64,000 nucleotides of DNA. Source: Polyangiaceae bacterium. GTDB lineage: Bacteria > Myxococcota_A > Polyangia > Polyangiales > Polyangiaceae. Location: the NCBI GenBank assembly GCA_965222375.1, contig CBDCTZ010000016.1:832001-896000 (forward strand). The letters are read 5' to 3'. Both the position numbers and the translations under genes were made by a program. A model generated the notes under the pieces. The model was given only the letters and a program-made list of their open reading frames with translations, was not told where the DNA came from and ran no database searches. Each line of letters opens with the position of its first letter. Positions within the stretch are counted from its first letter, which is position 1. Positions 39,247 to 49,365 of this stretch are shown piece by piece.

Positions 39247-40914
39247 CTAGGCGATCGTCGTGGTCGCGGGGGCTTCAGCCAGCAGGGAGGGGCCGCGGAT
39301 GGGCAGAACCACCCGGAACGCCGCGCCGCCTTCGCTGGGGTCGTGGTGACTGATTTCGCCCCCATGCTCGAACACGATCCTCTCCACAATCGCCAGGCCC
39401 AGCCCCGTGCCTTCGGTCTTGTTGGTGGCGTAAGGCTCGAACAGCTTGTCCCGCATTTCCGGGGCTACGCCAGGACCGTTATCCCGCACGGCGATTTCGA
39501 TCCTGGAACGGCCTTTGGGTTCGAGGCTGACCCAGACGCGGGGTGAGGTGCTGGAGCGCGCTGAATCAATGGCGTTTTGAATCAGATTGGTGAGCACCTG
39601 AACCAACTGGTCCTTGTCCGCATTGATGGTCGGAACGTCCTTCGCAGCGAGCTCCACGGGGATTTCGTCCGTGGAGTGAAGTCCGACGACCTTTCGCACT
39701 GTCTCCATCACGTCCATGGACGCGAGGTTTGGAGGGGGAAGCCTGGCGAACCGCGTGAACTCGCTGACGATGTTGGTGATCCGGGTCACTTCTTCCAGCA
39801 CCGTGCGCGTGGCTTCGTCGAAGTACTCGTCAAACGCCGGGTCATCCCGCGCGCGGAGCCTGCGCAAGGTCTCGACTGCAGCTCGAATCGGGGCCAAAGG
39901 GTTCTTGATTTCGTGCGCGACGCGGCGGGCAATTTCGCGGCGCGCGGCAATGCGCTCGGTAGCCGCGAGGCGTTTGCGCATCTCCGACAGGTCGAAGATA
40001 GCTTGATTGAAAGCGTCGGCGAGATCCCTGAGTTCCCGCCCGCCGCTGGCTTCGACCGGCTTCGGTTCTTTGCGGGTGATGCCCCGGGCCTGCTTGGCCA
40101 GTGACACGATGGGTCTCGCCAGGCCCCGTGAGAGCAGGAACGAAAGCGCAAGCGCGATGAGCAGAGTGCCCGTGCCAATCGCGCCGATCGTGTAGTCGAG
40201 CTGCCGCAGCGCGCTCGTCAGGGGCACCCGGGAACGCTGTGCATGCAGCGTGACGCCGAAGTCCGCCAAGGGCATGGTCGAGACCATCTCCGCGGAAGAC
40301 GCCGGCGGCTGGGTCAGAGTCAACGTCAGGTCGTGGGCTTCCGCGACGGAAGCCAAGGTGGCTTCTACGTGACGCGCTGCATACAGGCCGACCCACAGAT
40401 TGGGTCGCGTCTTGTCTCGGCGCAGACACCACGCTTCGACGGCCATGGGTGCGGCGGGGCGCAAGCGGGCGCTGACGCTCTCGTTAGCCATCCGCTTTGC
40501 GCGCGGCGCATCACGGGTGCCCGTTAGACCTTCGTCGTGGCCGGCGCCCAGAACATCGCCGCGGCTGGTGATCAAGATCAGCTCGTCCAAACGCAGCGCT
40601 TTTTGCAGTTCTGGAACGCGTAGACTCATGGACAGCCGGCGCGAATCCAAATCGCCAGACTTCAAGCCAATCAGCGCACTGTCGACGACCGGATCGTGGG
40701 CGCAGAGCGGCCCAATCAGATCGGGGAGTTCCCGGGTCTGGGATTGAATTGCGCTCTGGGCACGTTGAAACGCCGCGATGCCTTGCTCGCGGAAACGTTC
40801 GTCTTCAGTGCGCCTCCACGCTTCGCGCACACCAAAGCCAAGCATGGCCGTGGTGGCGACGGTTAGGATTGCGATGGCGAGCGCCAGGCGTTGGGCCAGC
40901 GTCACGCCGGGCAT
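39247..40914 (-). CDS. Sensor histidine kinase (HAMP, NtrY-like)
   Basis: ARRVAHEIKNPL, NLIQNA, DNGPG, GTGLGL motifs; two TM helices plus HAMP. Confidence 0.93.
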   Translation of the reverse strand: MPGVTLAQRLALAIAILTVATTAMLGFGVREAWRRTEDERFREQGIAAFQRAQSAIQSQTRELPDLIGPLCAHDPVVDSALIGLKSGDLDSRRLSMSLRVPELQKALRLDELILITSRGDVLGAGHDEGLTGTRDAPRAKRMANESVSARLRPAAPMAVEAWCLRRDKTRPNLWVGLYAARHVEATLASVAEAHDLTLTLTQPPASSAEMVSTMPLADFGVTLHAQRSRVPLTSALRQLDYTIGAIGTGTLLIALALSFLLSRGLARPIVSLAKQARGITRKEPKPVEASGGRELRDLADAFNQAIFDLSEMRKRLAATERIAARREIARRVAHEIKNPLAPIRAAVETLRRLRARDDPAFDEYFDEATRTVLEEVTRITNIVSEFTRFARLPPPNLASMDVMETVRKVVGLHSTDEIPVELAAKDVPTINADKDQLVQVLTNLIQNAIDSARSSTSPRVWVSLEPKGRSRIEIAVRDNGPGVAPEMRDKLFEPYATNKTEGTGLGLAIVERIVFEHGGEISHHDPSEGGAAFRVVLPIRGPSLLAEAPATTTIA

Positions 40915-40980
40915 CGTAGTCCAATTGTCCTGGCTTCGGCTTGCGTGCGCGGTCCCATACTGCAAGGCTCCGGACCCTTG

Positions 40981-43581
40981 ATGCGACTTTGTTCGAGACA
41001 TCGGGCGATCCGAGCCGTCTGCGGGGCCGCTGGGCGCTCGGTCGCTGTGAGTCTGCTTTTGCTGGCGAGCGTCGCCTGCGGTCCCAAGACGGGAGATGGG
41101 GAGCGTGCTCCGGCACTTGGAGGAAAGGGTGCGTCCAAGCCAAAGGGCAAGAGCCAGGACGGCGCTGGGCTTGCCGCAGAACGCGTTGCGAGTGTCCCCG
41201 CGGGGACGTTCGGCCCCTACCTGGCACGCCGTGGTGATGCTCGTTTGCTGGCTTGGGCATCCATGGACAAGAGTGTTCGAACCTGGCGCTGTGTGGTGCT
41301 CGATCCGAAGGGCAAACCCGTCGGCGCACCAAGAGTTCTGGGCAGGGCTCCGGAGAACGTTGGCCTCGTCTCCCTCGAGGCCACGCCGAAGGGGTTCGTG
41401 TTGGTTGCGTCTTCGGCGACGCAGCCCGTGAAGCTCGAGGCCTTCAGCCTCGACTCGCAAGGCAAGAAGATTGCAGGGCCGCAGACTCTGGCAGAGGAGC
41501 CGGGCGAGCTCCTCTGGGTCGATTGGGTCAACACGGCCAAGGGTCCGTTGGCGTTGTGGGCGCTACGCAAGGAGAGCGCCAAGTCCGATCGCGCGGACGT
41601 CTACGCGCGGGGGCTTCGCTCCGCGTCGGTGCAGCGTGTCGTCGATCAAGTGCGGGCTTGGCAGACGTCACCCTTCGGCGACGGAGCGGCACTCGCGGTG
41701 GTGCGTGCGACTGGCACCGAACTGGGGCCTGTCGATGTGCTGCGCCTGGACGCTGATGGGCGCACGACGTCGACGGTGCATGTCACAACGTCTGCAAGTG
41801 CAGAGCCGGATGTCGACATGGTGCCGCTAGGTGGCAGTTTGGTGCTCGCGTGGACGGACCGATCGGGTTTGGAAACTCGCGTTTTGAGCGGCGCCATTGG
41901 TGCCGACGGAAAGCTCGCTGCGAAGCCAAAACCCTTGGCAGACCCCCGGGGTGATCAGGCACTGATTCGACTGGTCCCACCCCAAGAACCCGGCGAACGG
42001 GTGGCTTTTGCGGTATGGGAGGACGCCATCGATCAACTCCCGGACACTCGGCGCCTGCGAGTGGCGCGGATTGGTCCGGATGCGCGTGCGAGCAAGGAGC
42101 GCGCATTGCTCGATTTTGGGAGCGTCGAAGGGGGTGTGCCCGAACTCGCAACGAGCAGCAAAGGTCTGACCGCTCTCACCTTGGCGCGACCCTGTGAGCG
42201 CGGCGCGAGTTGCGATGCTCCGCCGGTTGCCAGCCTCGTGGAGTTGGATCAACAGCTCAATCCAGTCTTGGCGACACCGCTCGAGCTCGCGCCACTCGGG
42301 GGCAAGGCTGCGCCCTTGGCTTGGGGACTGACTTGTGGGCCTTCGCGTTGCCTGGTGCTCTCCGCGACGGATGGGGCGCCGGCACAGGTGTACGCGGTGC
42401 GGCCGGACGGTGCGGAGTCGCGGTGGAAACCCGCTGCCGAGCGTGAGGCGACGACTGCGCCGCCCGCGCTGGCGTCTCTGTCGTCGATTGCTCGCTTGGA
42501 CGCACCCCTTTCCGCTGTCGCGACGACGGAGCAGGGGGACAAGAGCATCGTCGCTTGGGTGTCGTTTTTCGATCCAACGGCGCCCTGGAAGCGTCTCAAG
42601 AAGCCGGCAAAGGATGGTCGCTTCGATCCGCCCCGCGCGCTCTTGGCGACAGGACGCCTCGGGTCAACGATGCGGCACACGATTTCGTTTCGCGCTCGGT
42701 CAACGGGCGGGGTTGCGATTGCCAGTGACCAGGGAGCTCACGGCGAATCCCTTCTGGTGTGGACGGCCATCGACAACCAAGTCCCGCAAGTGTTCACGAC
42801 GGTTGTGGACGCAGATGGCAAGAAGCTGCGCCAACGCATGTTGACCCGTGCCAAGGGCGAGAAGGCTGATCTGAGTGTCGCTCGCGTGTCTGACGGCTGG
42901 ATCGCGACCTGGGTGGACGAGCGCGGCGGCAAGCCCGAGGTATATGCCGCGAAGGTCAATCGCTTCTTGCAACGTGCCGGGCCGGAGCGACGCTTGGGCC
43001 CCGCAGGCGGCGCGCCGTCTGCGCTCACGACCGTTGCCAGCCGCAATGACGTGCTGGTGGCCTGGGTAGCGGCCCCTCCGGCGGGGCAGGCTAGCGTGCG
43101 CGTCCAGCGCCTCTCGGCCAGGGATGCATCGACGAGAGGAGAGGCGAAGCCGATTCGAGGCGTGGTCGCGCCGCTCTCCCCCGTGTTGGCGCGCACGAGC
43201 AGGGGAATCGTCCTGGGCTGGCTCGAACCGAAGGCCGCCGGTCACGCTAGCGCCCGGTTGGAGCTGCTCGCCGCGGATGGGCTGACATCAGCTTCGGGCC
43301 TCGATTGGCCCCTCGACACGGACGCGGTGGGACTGGATATTCGCTGCACAGCTGGCATGTGTCGACTTGTCGCGGTCGGTGCAGAGGGCGCCCGAGGTGC
43401 ACTGTACGTCTCGAGCTGGCGGGTTGGTGGCGGTGCGCCGACGCCCGCGAAACGGATTGCGGCCCAGACGGGCGCGGCAGTGCGGTCCACGCGGCCCCAA
43501 CTGGCGGGTTCGGGCCTCGTGGTTGCCGATCAGAGCAATGGGCGAGGCGTTGTTCGCTACGCACAGGTGAAGTGGAAGTGA
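40981..43581 (+). CDS. Large beta-rich lipoprotein, hypothetical
   Basis: Lipobox SVAC; recurring 'hhhAW' beta-propeller-like blades. Confidence 0.75.
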   Translation: MRLCSRHRAIRAVCGAAGRSVAVSLLLLASVACGPKTGDGERAPALGGKGASKPKGKSQDGAGLAAERVASVPAGTFGPYLARRGDARLLAWASMDKSVRTWRCVVLDPKGKPVGAPRVLGRAPENVGLVSLEATPKGFVLVASSATQPVKLEAFSLDSQGKKIAGPQTLAEEPGELLWVDWVNTAKGPLALWALRKESAKSDRADVYARGLRSASVQRVVDQVRAWQTSPFGDGAALAVVRATGTELGPVDVLRLDADGRTTSTVHVTTSASAEPDVDMVPLGGSLVLAWTDRSGLETRVLSGAIGADGKLAAKPKPLADPRGDQALIRLVPPQEPGERVAFAVWEDAIDQLPDTRRLRVARIGPDARASKERALLDFGSVEGGVPELATSSKGLTALTLARPCERGASCDAPPVASLVELDQQLNPVLATPLELAPLGGKAAPLAWGLTCGPSRCLVLSATDGAPAQVYAVRPDGAESRWKPAAEREATTAPPALASLSSIARLDAPLSAVATTEQGDKSIVAWVSFFDPTAPWKRLKKPAKDGRFDPPRALLATGRLGSTMRHTISFRARSTGGVAIASDQGAHGESLLVWTAIDNQVPQVFTTVVDADGKKLRQRMLTRAKGEKADLSVARVSDGWIATWVDERGGKPEVYAAKVNRFLQRAGPERRLGPAGGAPSALTTVASRNDVLVAWVAAPPAGQASVRVQRLSARDASTRGEAKPIRGVVAPLSPVLARTSRGIVLGWLEPKAAGHASARLELLAADGLTSASGLDWPLDTDAVGLDIRCTAGMCRLVAVGAEGARGALYVSSWRVGGGAPTPAKRIAAQTGAAVRSTRPQLAGSGLVVADQSNGRGVVRYAQVKWK

Positions 43582-43619
43582 ACGCGCTGTGACGAGCTGG
43601 CGCGAATTGGAGCAATGCC

Positions 43620-43752
43620 GGGTTCACCCGGGTTGTTGGTCGTGAGGACTGCTGTCGCGCCAGAGTCGGGGCCCCACCAATCAACCCGGGTGAGCAGAAA
43701 ATTGGTGATCAGAAATTGGTGAGGGCGGTCACCAATCAACCCCGGTGAGGGC
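43620..43752. repeat. REP-like inverted doublet plus a third copy upstream of the RAYT gene
   Basis: TCACCCGGGTTGTTGGT ... ACCAATCAACCCGGGTGA, then ACCAATCAACCCCGGTGAGG. Confidence 0.85.
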
Positions 43753-43872
43753 CGATCGAGGTGGCCGAACGTTGCGGCTGCGAAAACCACGCTTCACGGG
43801 CGCGATGGCTGGAACCTGGTCGCTATTGTATGTTTTCGAGCAACCCGAACTCGTGTCGCCCGATACAGGTGC

Positions 43873-44778
43873 ATGACAACTCCTCGGCAAGTGCTACCCG
43901 GCTCGACGTACTTGATCACGCGTCGCTGCACTCAGCGGCAGTTCTGGCTCAGGCCCTCGAAACTCGCCAACCAGATTTTCGCCTATTGCGTGGCCCACGC
44001 GGCTGAGTTGACAGGTGTGCAGGTGCATGCCGTCTGCGTGATGTCCAACCATTGGCACGCTGTCGTGACTGATCCGAGCGCCCGGCTACCAGAGTTTCTG
44101 CATTGGGTTCACAAGTACGTGGCGAAGTGCATCAACGCGGCATACGGACGCTGGGAGAACCTGTGGGCTTCGGAGCCGCCAAGCGCGGTGCGGCTCGAGG
44201 GCGATGACGATGTTCTCCAGAAGGTCGCGTATACACTTGCAAATCCGGTAATCTCTGGACTCGTGGAAAGCGGCAAGCGATGGCCAGGCTTGTGCAGCAC
44301 GCCAAGTGACCTCGCGGGCGGAACACTCCATGTCATGAGGCCTGCCGTGTTCTTTCGAGCCTGTGGAACGATGCCCAAATCCGCAACGCTTCGAATAGTT
44401 CGTCCGCCGATCTATCTGAGCCGGCCAGATGATGAGTTGGTCAACCTCGTGAAAAGGGTCGTTGCGGATAAGGAGGCTGGCGTGCGCGCAGCCTTCGCGC
44501 GGGCGGGTCGGGCGTTTCTCGGCGTCCGCGCGATTCGTTCACAGCGTCTCTCAGACCGGCCACGTGGCAAGGAACCTAGACGAAAACTCAATCCGAGAAT
44601 CGCTAGCCGCGACAAATGGCGGAGAATTGAAGCGCTCAGGCGCGTCCGCGGGTTCCTGACCGAGTACCGCCAGGCGTACGAACGGTGGAAATGCGGCGTC
44701 CGTGACGTTGTATTCCCACACGGCAGCTATGCGATGCGCGTTCATCAAGGCGTGGTCGTCGCTACCGCAGGGGGGTAG
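43873..44778 (+). CDS. HUH Y1 tyrosine transposase, RAYT-like (IS200 superfamily)
   Basis: TYLITRRC, VMSNHWH (HUH), AYTLANPV..GLV...W motifs; no tnpB gene. Confidence 0.9.
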   Translation: MTTPRQVLPGSTYLITRRCTQRQFWLRPSKLANQIFAYCVAHAAELTGVQVHAVCVMSNHWHAVVTDPSARLPEFLHWVHKYVAKCINAAYGRWENLWASEPPSAVRLEGDDDVLQKVAYTLANPVISGLVESGKRWPGLCSTPSDLAGGTLHVMRPAVFFRACGTMPKSATLRIVRPPIYLSRPDDELVNLVKRVVADKEAGVRAAFARAGRAFLGVRAIRSQRLSDRPRGKEPRRKLNPRIASRDKWRRIEALRRVRGFLTEYRQAYERWKCGVRDVVFPHGSYAMRVHQGVVVATAGG

Positions 44779-44937
44779 CGCTGCGTGAATTGATGGTTCC
44801 GGAAAATCTGCGGCACCCGGTTCCGGAAAATCTGCGGCTCCTGGCGGAAAGGAGCATGCAGGATGATTTGGACGTTGATTTTCGCGATCATGGGGTTGCT
44901 GATGTCTACGGGGAGTACGCCGCGCGATCAGGGAGGG

Positions 44938-46437
44938 ATGCTCTGCCAGCTGAAGCGGCATGAGGTACAGGTCTTGTTGCGCGCCGGGTTCACGCCCGCC
45001 GACGTGGCGAAACGGGCGCAGGTCTCAGACGATAGTGTCCGGCGAATTCAGAAAGAGGAAGCTGTCGAGCACACGGACGATGCGGCAGCGCACACGCAGA
45101 GACGCATCGGTCGTCCGTCCAAGACGGCGAAGCTGACCGAGCGGGTCAAGAAATGGCTCGACGAGGATCCCGGTCTACCGACGCAGGAGCTGCTGCGTCG
45201 CGCGAAGGAGGCGGGGTACGCCGGCAAGAAGAGCGCGTTCTACGCGCTCGTTGCTGGACTGCGCCCTCCGCGAGGCGCACCGGTCGTTCGCTTCGAGGGG
45301 CTACCCGGGGAGTTCTCGCAGCATGACTTCGGGCATGTCGACGTGCGGTTCGTCGACGGCCGAAAACAACGGGTGCACTTCTTCGCGTCGCGGCTGAAGT
45401 ACTCACGGTACGCACGCGTCACGCTCGTCGACAACGAGCGCGTCGAGACGATCCTGCGTTGCCTCGCACGGGACTTCGTCGCCTTCGGCGGCCTGCCGCT
45501 CATGGCGGTGTTCGATCGCCCCAAGACGATCGTGAAGAAGAGCGGCAAGGGCCGCGACGTCGAGGAGTTCAACCAAGTTTTCGCACAGGCGATCGTCGAC
45601 ATCGGCGTGGGTGTCGAGATGTGTGCTCCGCGCAGCGGAAACCAGAAAGGCTCCGTCGAGCGTCTGGTGGGTTGGGTGAAGAGCTCGTTCTTCAAGCACC
45701 GCAAATTCCAGGACGAGGACGATTTGCGGGCGCAGCTCGAAGCCTGGCATACCGAGATCAACACGCAGACGCCGTCGCGTGCGACAGGCGTAATTCCGGA
45801 AACTCGGCGCCAGGAGGAGCTCCCGCGCCTCCGCCCGGTGAAGGTCTTTCCGGAAACCCTCGCGCTACGGATCCCAGTGTTCGTTGGGCCCACGGCGGAA
45901 GTGATGTTCGAAGGCGCGCCATACTCGATGCCGCCCAAGGCCGCCCATGTCGCCGGCACGCTGTTCTTGTACGAGCGCGAGGTGCACATCGTCGCGGGAC
46001 GATTCGAGGCGCGCCATCGTAGACGCACGAAGGACGAGCCGCCGGCACCGCTGCCCCAGCATCGTGCCGAGAAGATCGCCGCCGTGCACGGCACTCGGGC
46101 CAAGCTCTACGAGAAGCGGCAACAGGTGCTCAACCTCGGACGAAACGCCCTCGAGGTCCTCACCGAGATCACGCACCGCGAGCCGAGACTTGCGAGTCGC
46201 CGCGTCGATGAGCTCTACGCGATGCTCGAAAAGCACGGCGACGATGCTCTGCGCGCCGCGCTCCATCACGCTGTGGAAAGCGGACAGCTCTCCGTTGCCG
46301 GTGTGCGTCGCGCGCTCTCGTCGAGTGCCCGACAGGGCGATGGCGACAGCCCCGTTGGGGCGCAATCGCCCAGCGATGCCGGGTGCCAGATGGCGATTGC
46401 TTTCCCCCACCTGGCTGCGCGAGGAGGTGTCTCGTGA
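44938..46437 (+). CDS. istA: IS21 transposase
   Basis: RFEGLPGEFSQHDFG, FDRPK, QKGSVE (DDE); GGAGG RBS. Confidence 0.95.
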   Translation: MLCQLKRHEVQVLLRAGFTPADVAKRAQVSDDSVRRIQKEEAVEHTDDAAAHTQRRIGRPSKTAKLTERVKKWLDEDPGLPTQELLRRAKEAGYAGKKSAFYALVAGLRPPRGAPVVRFEGLPGEFSQHDFGHVDVRFVDGRKQRVHFFASRLKYSRYARVTLVDNERVETILRCLARDFVAFGGLPLMAVFDRPKTIVKKSGKGRDVEEFNQVFAQAIVDIGVGVEMCAPRSGNQKGSVERLVGWVKSSFFKHRKFQDEDDLRAQLEAWHTEINTQTPSRATGVIPETRRQEELPRLRPVKVFPETLALRIPVFVGPTAEVMFEGAPYSMPPKAAHVAGTLFLYEREVHIVAGRFEARHRRRTKDEPPAPLPQHRAEKIAAVHGTRAKLYEKRQQVLNLGRNALEVLTEITHREPRLASRRVDELYAMLEKHGDDALRAALHHAVESGQLSVAGVRRALSSSARQGDGDSPVGAQSPSDAGCQMAIAFPHLAARGGVS

Positions 46438-47213
46438 CCGTCGTGCTCGATTCCGACATCGACCTCGACGCGATGCTGAAGCGGCTACACCTGGCCAATG
46501 CACGGCGCGTGTGGCGCGACCTCGTCCAACGTGCCGAAAAAGAGCAGTGGACCCATGACCAGCTCCTGCAGACGCTCTTCGAAGAGGAGGTCGCCCACCG
46601 CCGCGGCACGCGTCTCACGCGCGCGGTGCGTGCAGCGGCGTTTCCCTTCCTGCGCACCGTCGAGGAATTCGACTTCACCTACCAATCGACGTTGCGCCTC
46701 ACAACCATCGGCTCGCTTCTGGCGCCGGACTTCGTGACCGAAGGGCGTTCCGCAATCCTTCTCGGCAAACCCGGCCGTGGCAAGACGCACCTCGCGATAG
46801 CGATCGCGTACCGCGCCGTACAGAACGGATTCGACGCGCGCTTCACCACTGCTGCCGAGCTCATCGATCACCTCTCCTCCGCAAGTCGAGAAGGAAAAAT
46901 GCGGGAGACGATCGCCACCTACGTACGCCCCCACGTTTTGGTCGTGGACGAAGTTGGCTATCTCGCGTACGGCAACGACGCTGCCAACGTCTTCTATCAC
47001 GTTGTCAACGACCGCCACATTCGCAGGCGCGCCATGGTCTTCACGACCAACAAGCACCCCAAACGCTGGGGCCAGGCCCTCCACGACGATGACCTCGCCG
47101 AGGCCATTGTCGACCGCATCCTCGAGCGCGGGCGCCTGCTACGCTTGGACGGTCCCTCGGTACGAACCAAACACCCCCCCCCGCGACGAGTTCGAAAATG
47201 GGGATCAGGATGA
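46434..47213 (+). CDS. istB: IS21 helper AAA+ ATPase
   Basis: GKPGRGKTHLA, LVVDEVGY, TTNK, AIVDRI, GPSVR motifs; GTGA overlap with istA. Confidence 0.95.
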   Translation: MTVVLDSDIDLDAMLKRLHLANARRVWRDLVQRAEKEQWTHDQLLQTLFEEEVAHRRGTRLTRAVRAAAFPFLRTVEEFDFTYQSTLRLTTIGSLLAPDFVTEGRSAILLGKPGRGKTHLAIAIAYRAVQNGFDARFTTAAELIDHLSSASREGKMRETIATYVRPHVLVVDEVGYLAYGNDAANVFYHVVNDRHIRRRAMVFTTNKHPKRWGQALHDDDLAEAIVDRILERGRLLRLDGPSVRTKHPPPRRVRKWGSG

Positions 47214-47267
47214 CCCGGGAAGCCGCAGAATTTCCGGAACGCACGTGAATCGCGACAGTTCGATCGG

Positions 47268-47600
47268 CTAGTTGGCGGGTTGGTCGGTTCCGAACTCGCG
47301 CAACTCCATCGGCGTCAGGCCAAACTTACCGCGGCAGTAGCCATGACACTCGGCGGCTTTTACGTCGGCCCAGTACATCACCAGCGCGCTGGCTCCGAGC
47401 AAGAGCCATGCGCCGTAGTTGATGACGGTGGCCACGCTTCCGTCCGCCCAGGCGCGGGGATTGTGAAACACGATCAGCGTCAGGACCGCCAAGGCGAACG
47501 CGATGAGCCCGCGGTTCTTCAGCCCGCGACGTTCCCAAAACAGTCTGGCTTCTGTGGGCTGCGACTTGGGTGCTTTCGATTCGGGCTTCTTGAGGCTCAT
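47268..47600 (-). CDS. Small two-TM membrane protein
   Basis: Two hydrophobic helices; lies directly downstream of 47610..48889. Confidence 0.55.
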   Translation of the reverse strand: MSLKKPESKAPKSQPTEARLFWERRGLKNRGLIAFALAVLTLIVFHNPRAWADGSVATVINYGAWLLLGASALVMYWADVKAAECHGYCRGKFGLTPMELREFGTDQPAN

Positions 47601-47609
47601 CCGCCCACG

Positions 47610-48889
47610 CTACTGCGCGAACACCTTGTCGACCAAGAGTGGATCGCCCCAGCCGTGGCACGAGGTTGCGCCTTCTATGGAAAACCCGACCTTGGAGCAA
47701 CCGCTCACCTCGTAGACCCAATCTTGAACTTCCTGGCCGTTGACGAAGCTTCCTCCCTTGGAAGCGGACAGCCGAGTGCCATCTTCCGCGATCACCTCGA
47801 CACGCGACGCAGACGGCGAGTTGAATGCCGGTTCCCGGAGGCGCATCGACAGGACGACCTCCTTCTTGTTGGTCGTGTCCAGTTGCCCCGCAATCCCGTT
47901 GTAGGAGCAGCCGCTCAACTCGACACAGCCAAGAGTCTTACACGCTCCCAGATTGCAAGGCGCGACGTACCCAAGCTTCGCCAGCGTGCTGAGATCGGAC
48001 ATGTCGTGCATCGCAATGGCGGCGCCGATGTCAATCACGTCCAGGGTTGCGGAGGTGGACCCGAAGTCGGCGCCATCCAGCAGCCTGAGACCTTTGGTAG
48101 CACTGATCGTTGCGGTCTTGCCTCGCACGTCGTCCCACTTTCCCGCAAAGGTCGCGTCCGCCTGTACGACGCCAACTGCATCCGTCTCGGTCACGTCCTT
48201 GAAGGTCCAACGCTCGTCGGGCCTTCAAGATGCGACGCCAAGGTCGGCACGGGTGGAAACGCGCCGACTGGAGTCGCGGCCCACGGGAGCATTCTCTTGT
48301 CCAGATCCAGCTCGGCTGGCTCCGGCTGCCGAAGTTCGATCTTCCAGGTAAGGCTCTCCTCGCCCCAGACGTCCTCTTCATCCCAGCGGTAGAAGACGGC
48401 TGTCTCGCCGCTGCCGCTAAGCTCCGTTTGGTTGTGGCCGAGACGGATCTCTTTCCACGCGTAGAGATGGAACGTGGTCAGGCTGCTGCTACCGCCCTTC
48501 GCTGGTTCGCCGTTGGGTCGGAGTGTGACCAGGTTCTCACCAAAGCTCACACTATACGACCGAGCCGGATACCCCTGCACCGCAACGACCGCGGTGCAGC
48601 TCTCCCCCTCCGTTCTGAGCAGTAGGTACGGATCGCGAAAGTACGAGCCGGGCGTGGATGAGAAGATTCGGTACGCTTTCTCGAGCCCTCGACAACCCGT
48701 TTGCTGTGGGTTGCCTCCGGTGCCGAGGCCACCTGTGCCCGCGCCACCGGTACCCTGCCCGGCGCTACCTCCGGCCGAAGGGCTATCACTGCTTGTGGAT
48801 CTGCAACCTCCGAGCAAGAGCAGTGCGGCCCCGCGCAAGAGCGGTGCGAGGTAAGAACGTTTGCGAGTATTCGTGAGCAAGTGCGCCAT
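47610..48889 (-). pseudogene. Lipoprotein gene apparently split by a frameshift near 48220 (or two coupled genes)
   Basis: Lipobox LGGC and Gly linker in 48191..48889. The downstream frame is already open (PDERWTFKDVTE) before its GTG. Confidence 0.5.
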
Positions 48890-49151
48890 GCACGGCACTA
48901 ACAGCAACCCACGTGCCCGTGCGGCACGTGTCAAGTTGTGCCAGAAGACGCCAAGCGTTAGCCACCATTGCGGGGACATCAGCACCGCCATCGAAATGTT
49001 CCCGTGAGGACGAAACGCCAGTCCCGAAGCTCGTGCGCCAAACTGTGACGGGATGCCTATTGGGCACGCTCCAACCCGGGTGTGGTCACGTGGGGGGCGG
49101 CGATTGGGTGGGGGCCATCAACCAGGGTGGAAGCGCGCCCCGGGTGAGGTG

Positions 49152-49251
49152 CACACCAACCCGGGTGAGGTTGATTCACACCAACCCGGGTGAGGTTGAT
49201 TCACACCAACCCGGGTGAGGTTGATTCACACCAACCCGGGTGAGGTTGATT
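49152..49251. repeat. Perfect 25-bp tandem array x4 (CACACCAACCCGGGTGAGGTTGATT) within a REP-like cluster at 49071-49272
   Basis: Units start at 49152, 49177, 49202 and 49227, with degenerate copies on both sides. Confidence 0.95.
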
Positions 49252-49324
49252 CGGGTGAGGTGAGGTTGATTGTGGAAGTAGGTCGAGAGGGGGCGCCGTT
49301 CAGGCGTGATGGCGGCACAAGTAT

Positions 49325-49365
49325 CTGTAATTGTTGAACTAACCGCGGCGTATATAGTAATCAAA
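49325..49365 (+). promoter_or_regulatory. AT-rich promoter-like patch upstream of the PLD gene
   Basis: TTGTTG ... TATAGT with 16-nt spacing in an otherwise GC-rich background. Confidence 0.35.

Larger units (their letters stand above)
44791..47243 (+). mobile_element. IS21-family insertion sequence with 7-bp target-site duplication CGTGAAT
   Basis: TG...CA ends. GTTCCGGAAA(A/T)TCTGCGG occurs twice at the left end and once inverted at the right. CGTGAAT at 44784-44790 and 47244-47250. Confidence 0.95.

Noticed and set aside
40915..41460. Apparent overlap of the histidine kinase ORF with the divergent lipoprotein ORF
   Set aside because: Both have better downstream starts (40914 and 40981) that remove the overlap.
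48995..49020. CCGTGAGGACGAAAC matches the 3' half of the classic hammerhead ribozyme core
   Set aside because: The required upstream CTGATGA/CUGANGA box is absent (the sequence is CATCGAAATGTT) and stem II is imperfect, so it is treated as coincidence.
49152..49251. 25-bp array as CRISPR or plasmid iterons
   Set aside because: No unique spacers and no adjacent cas or rep gene.
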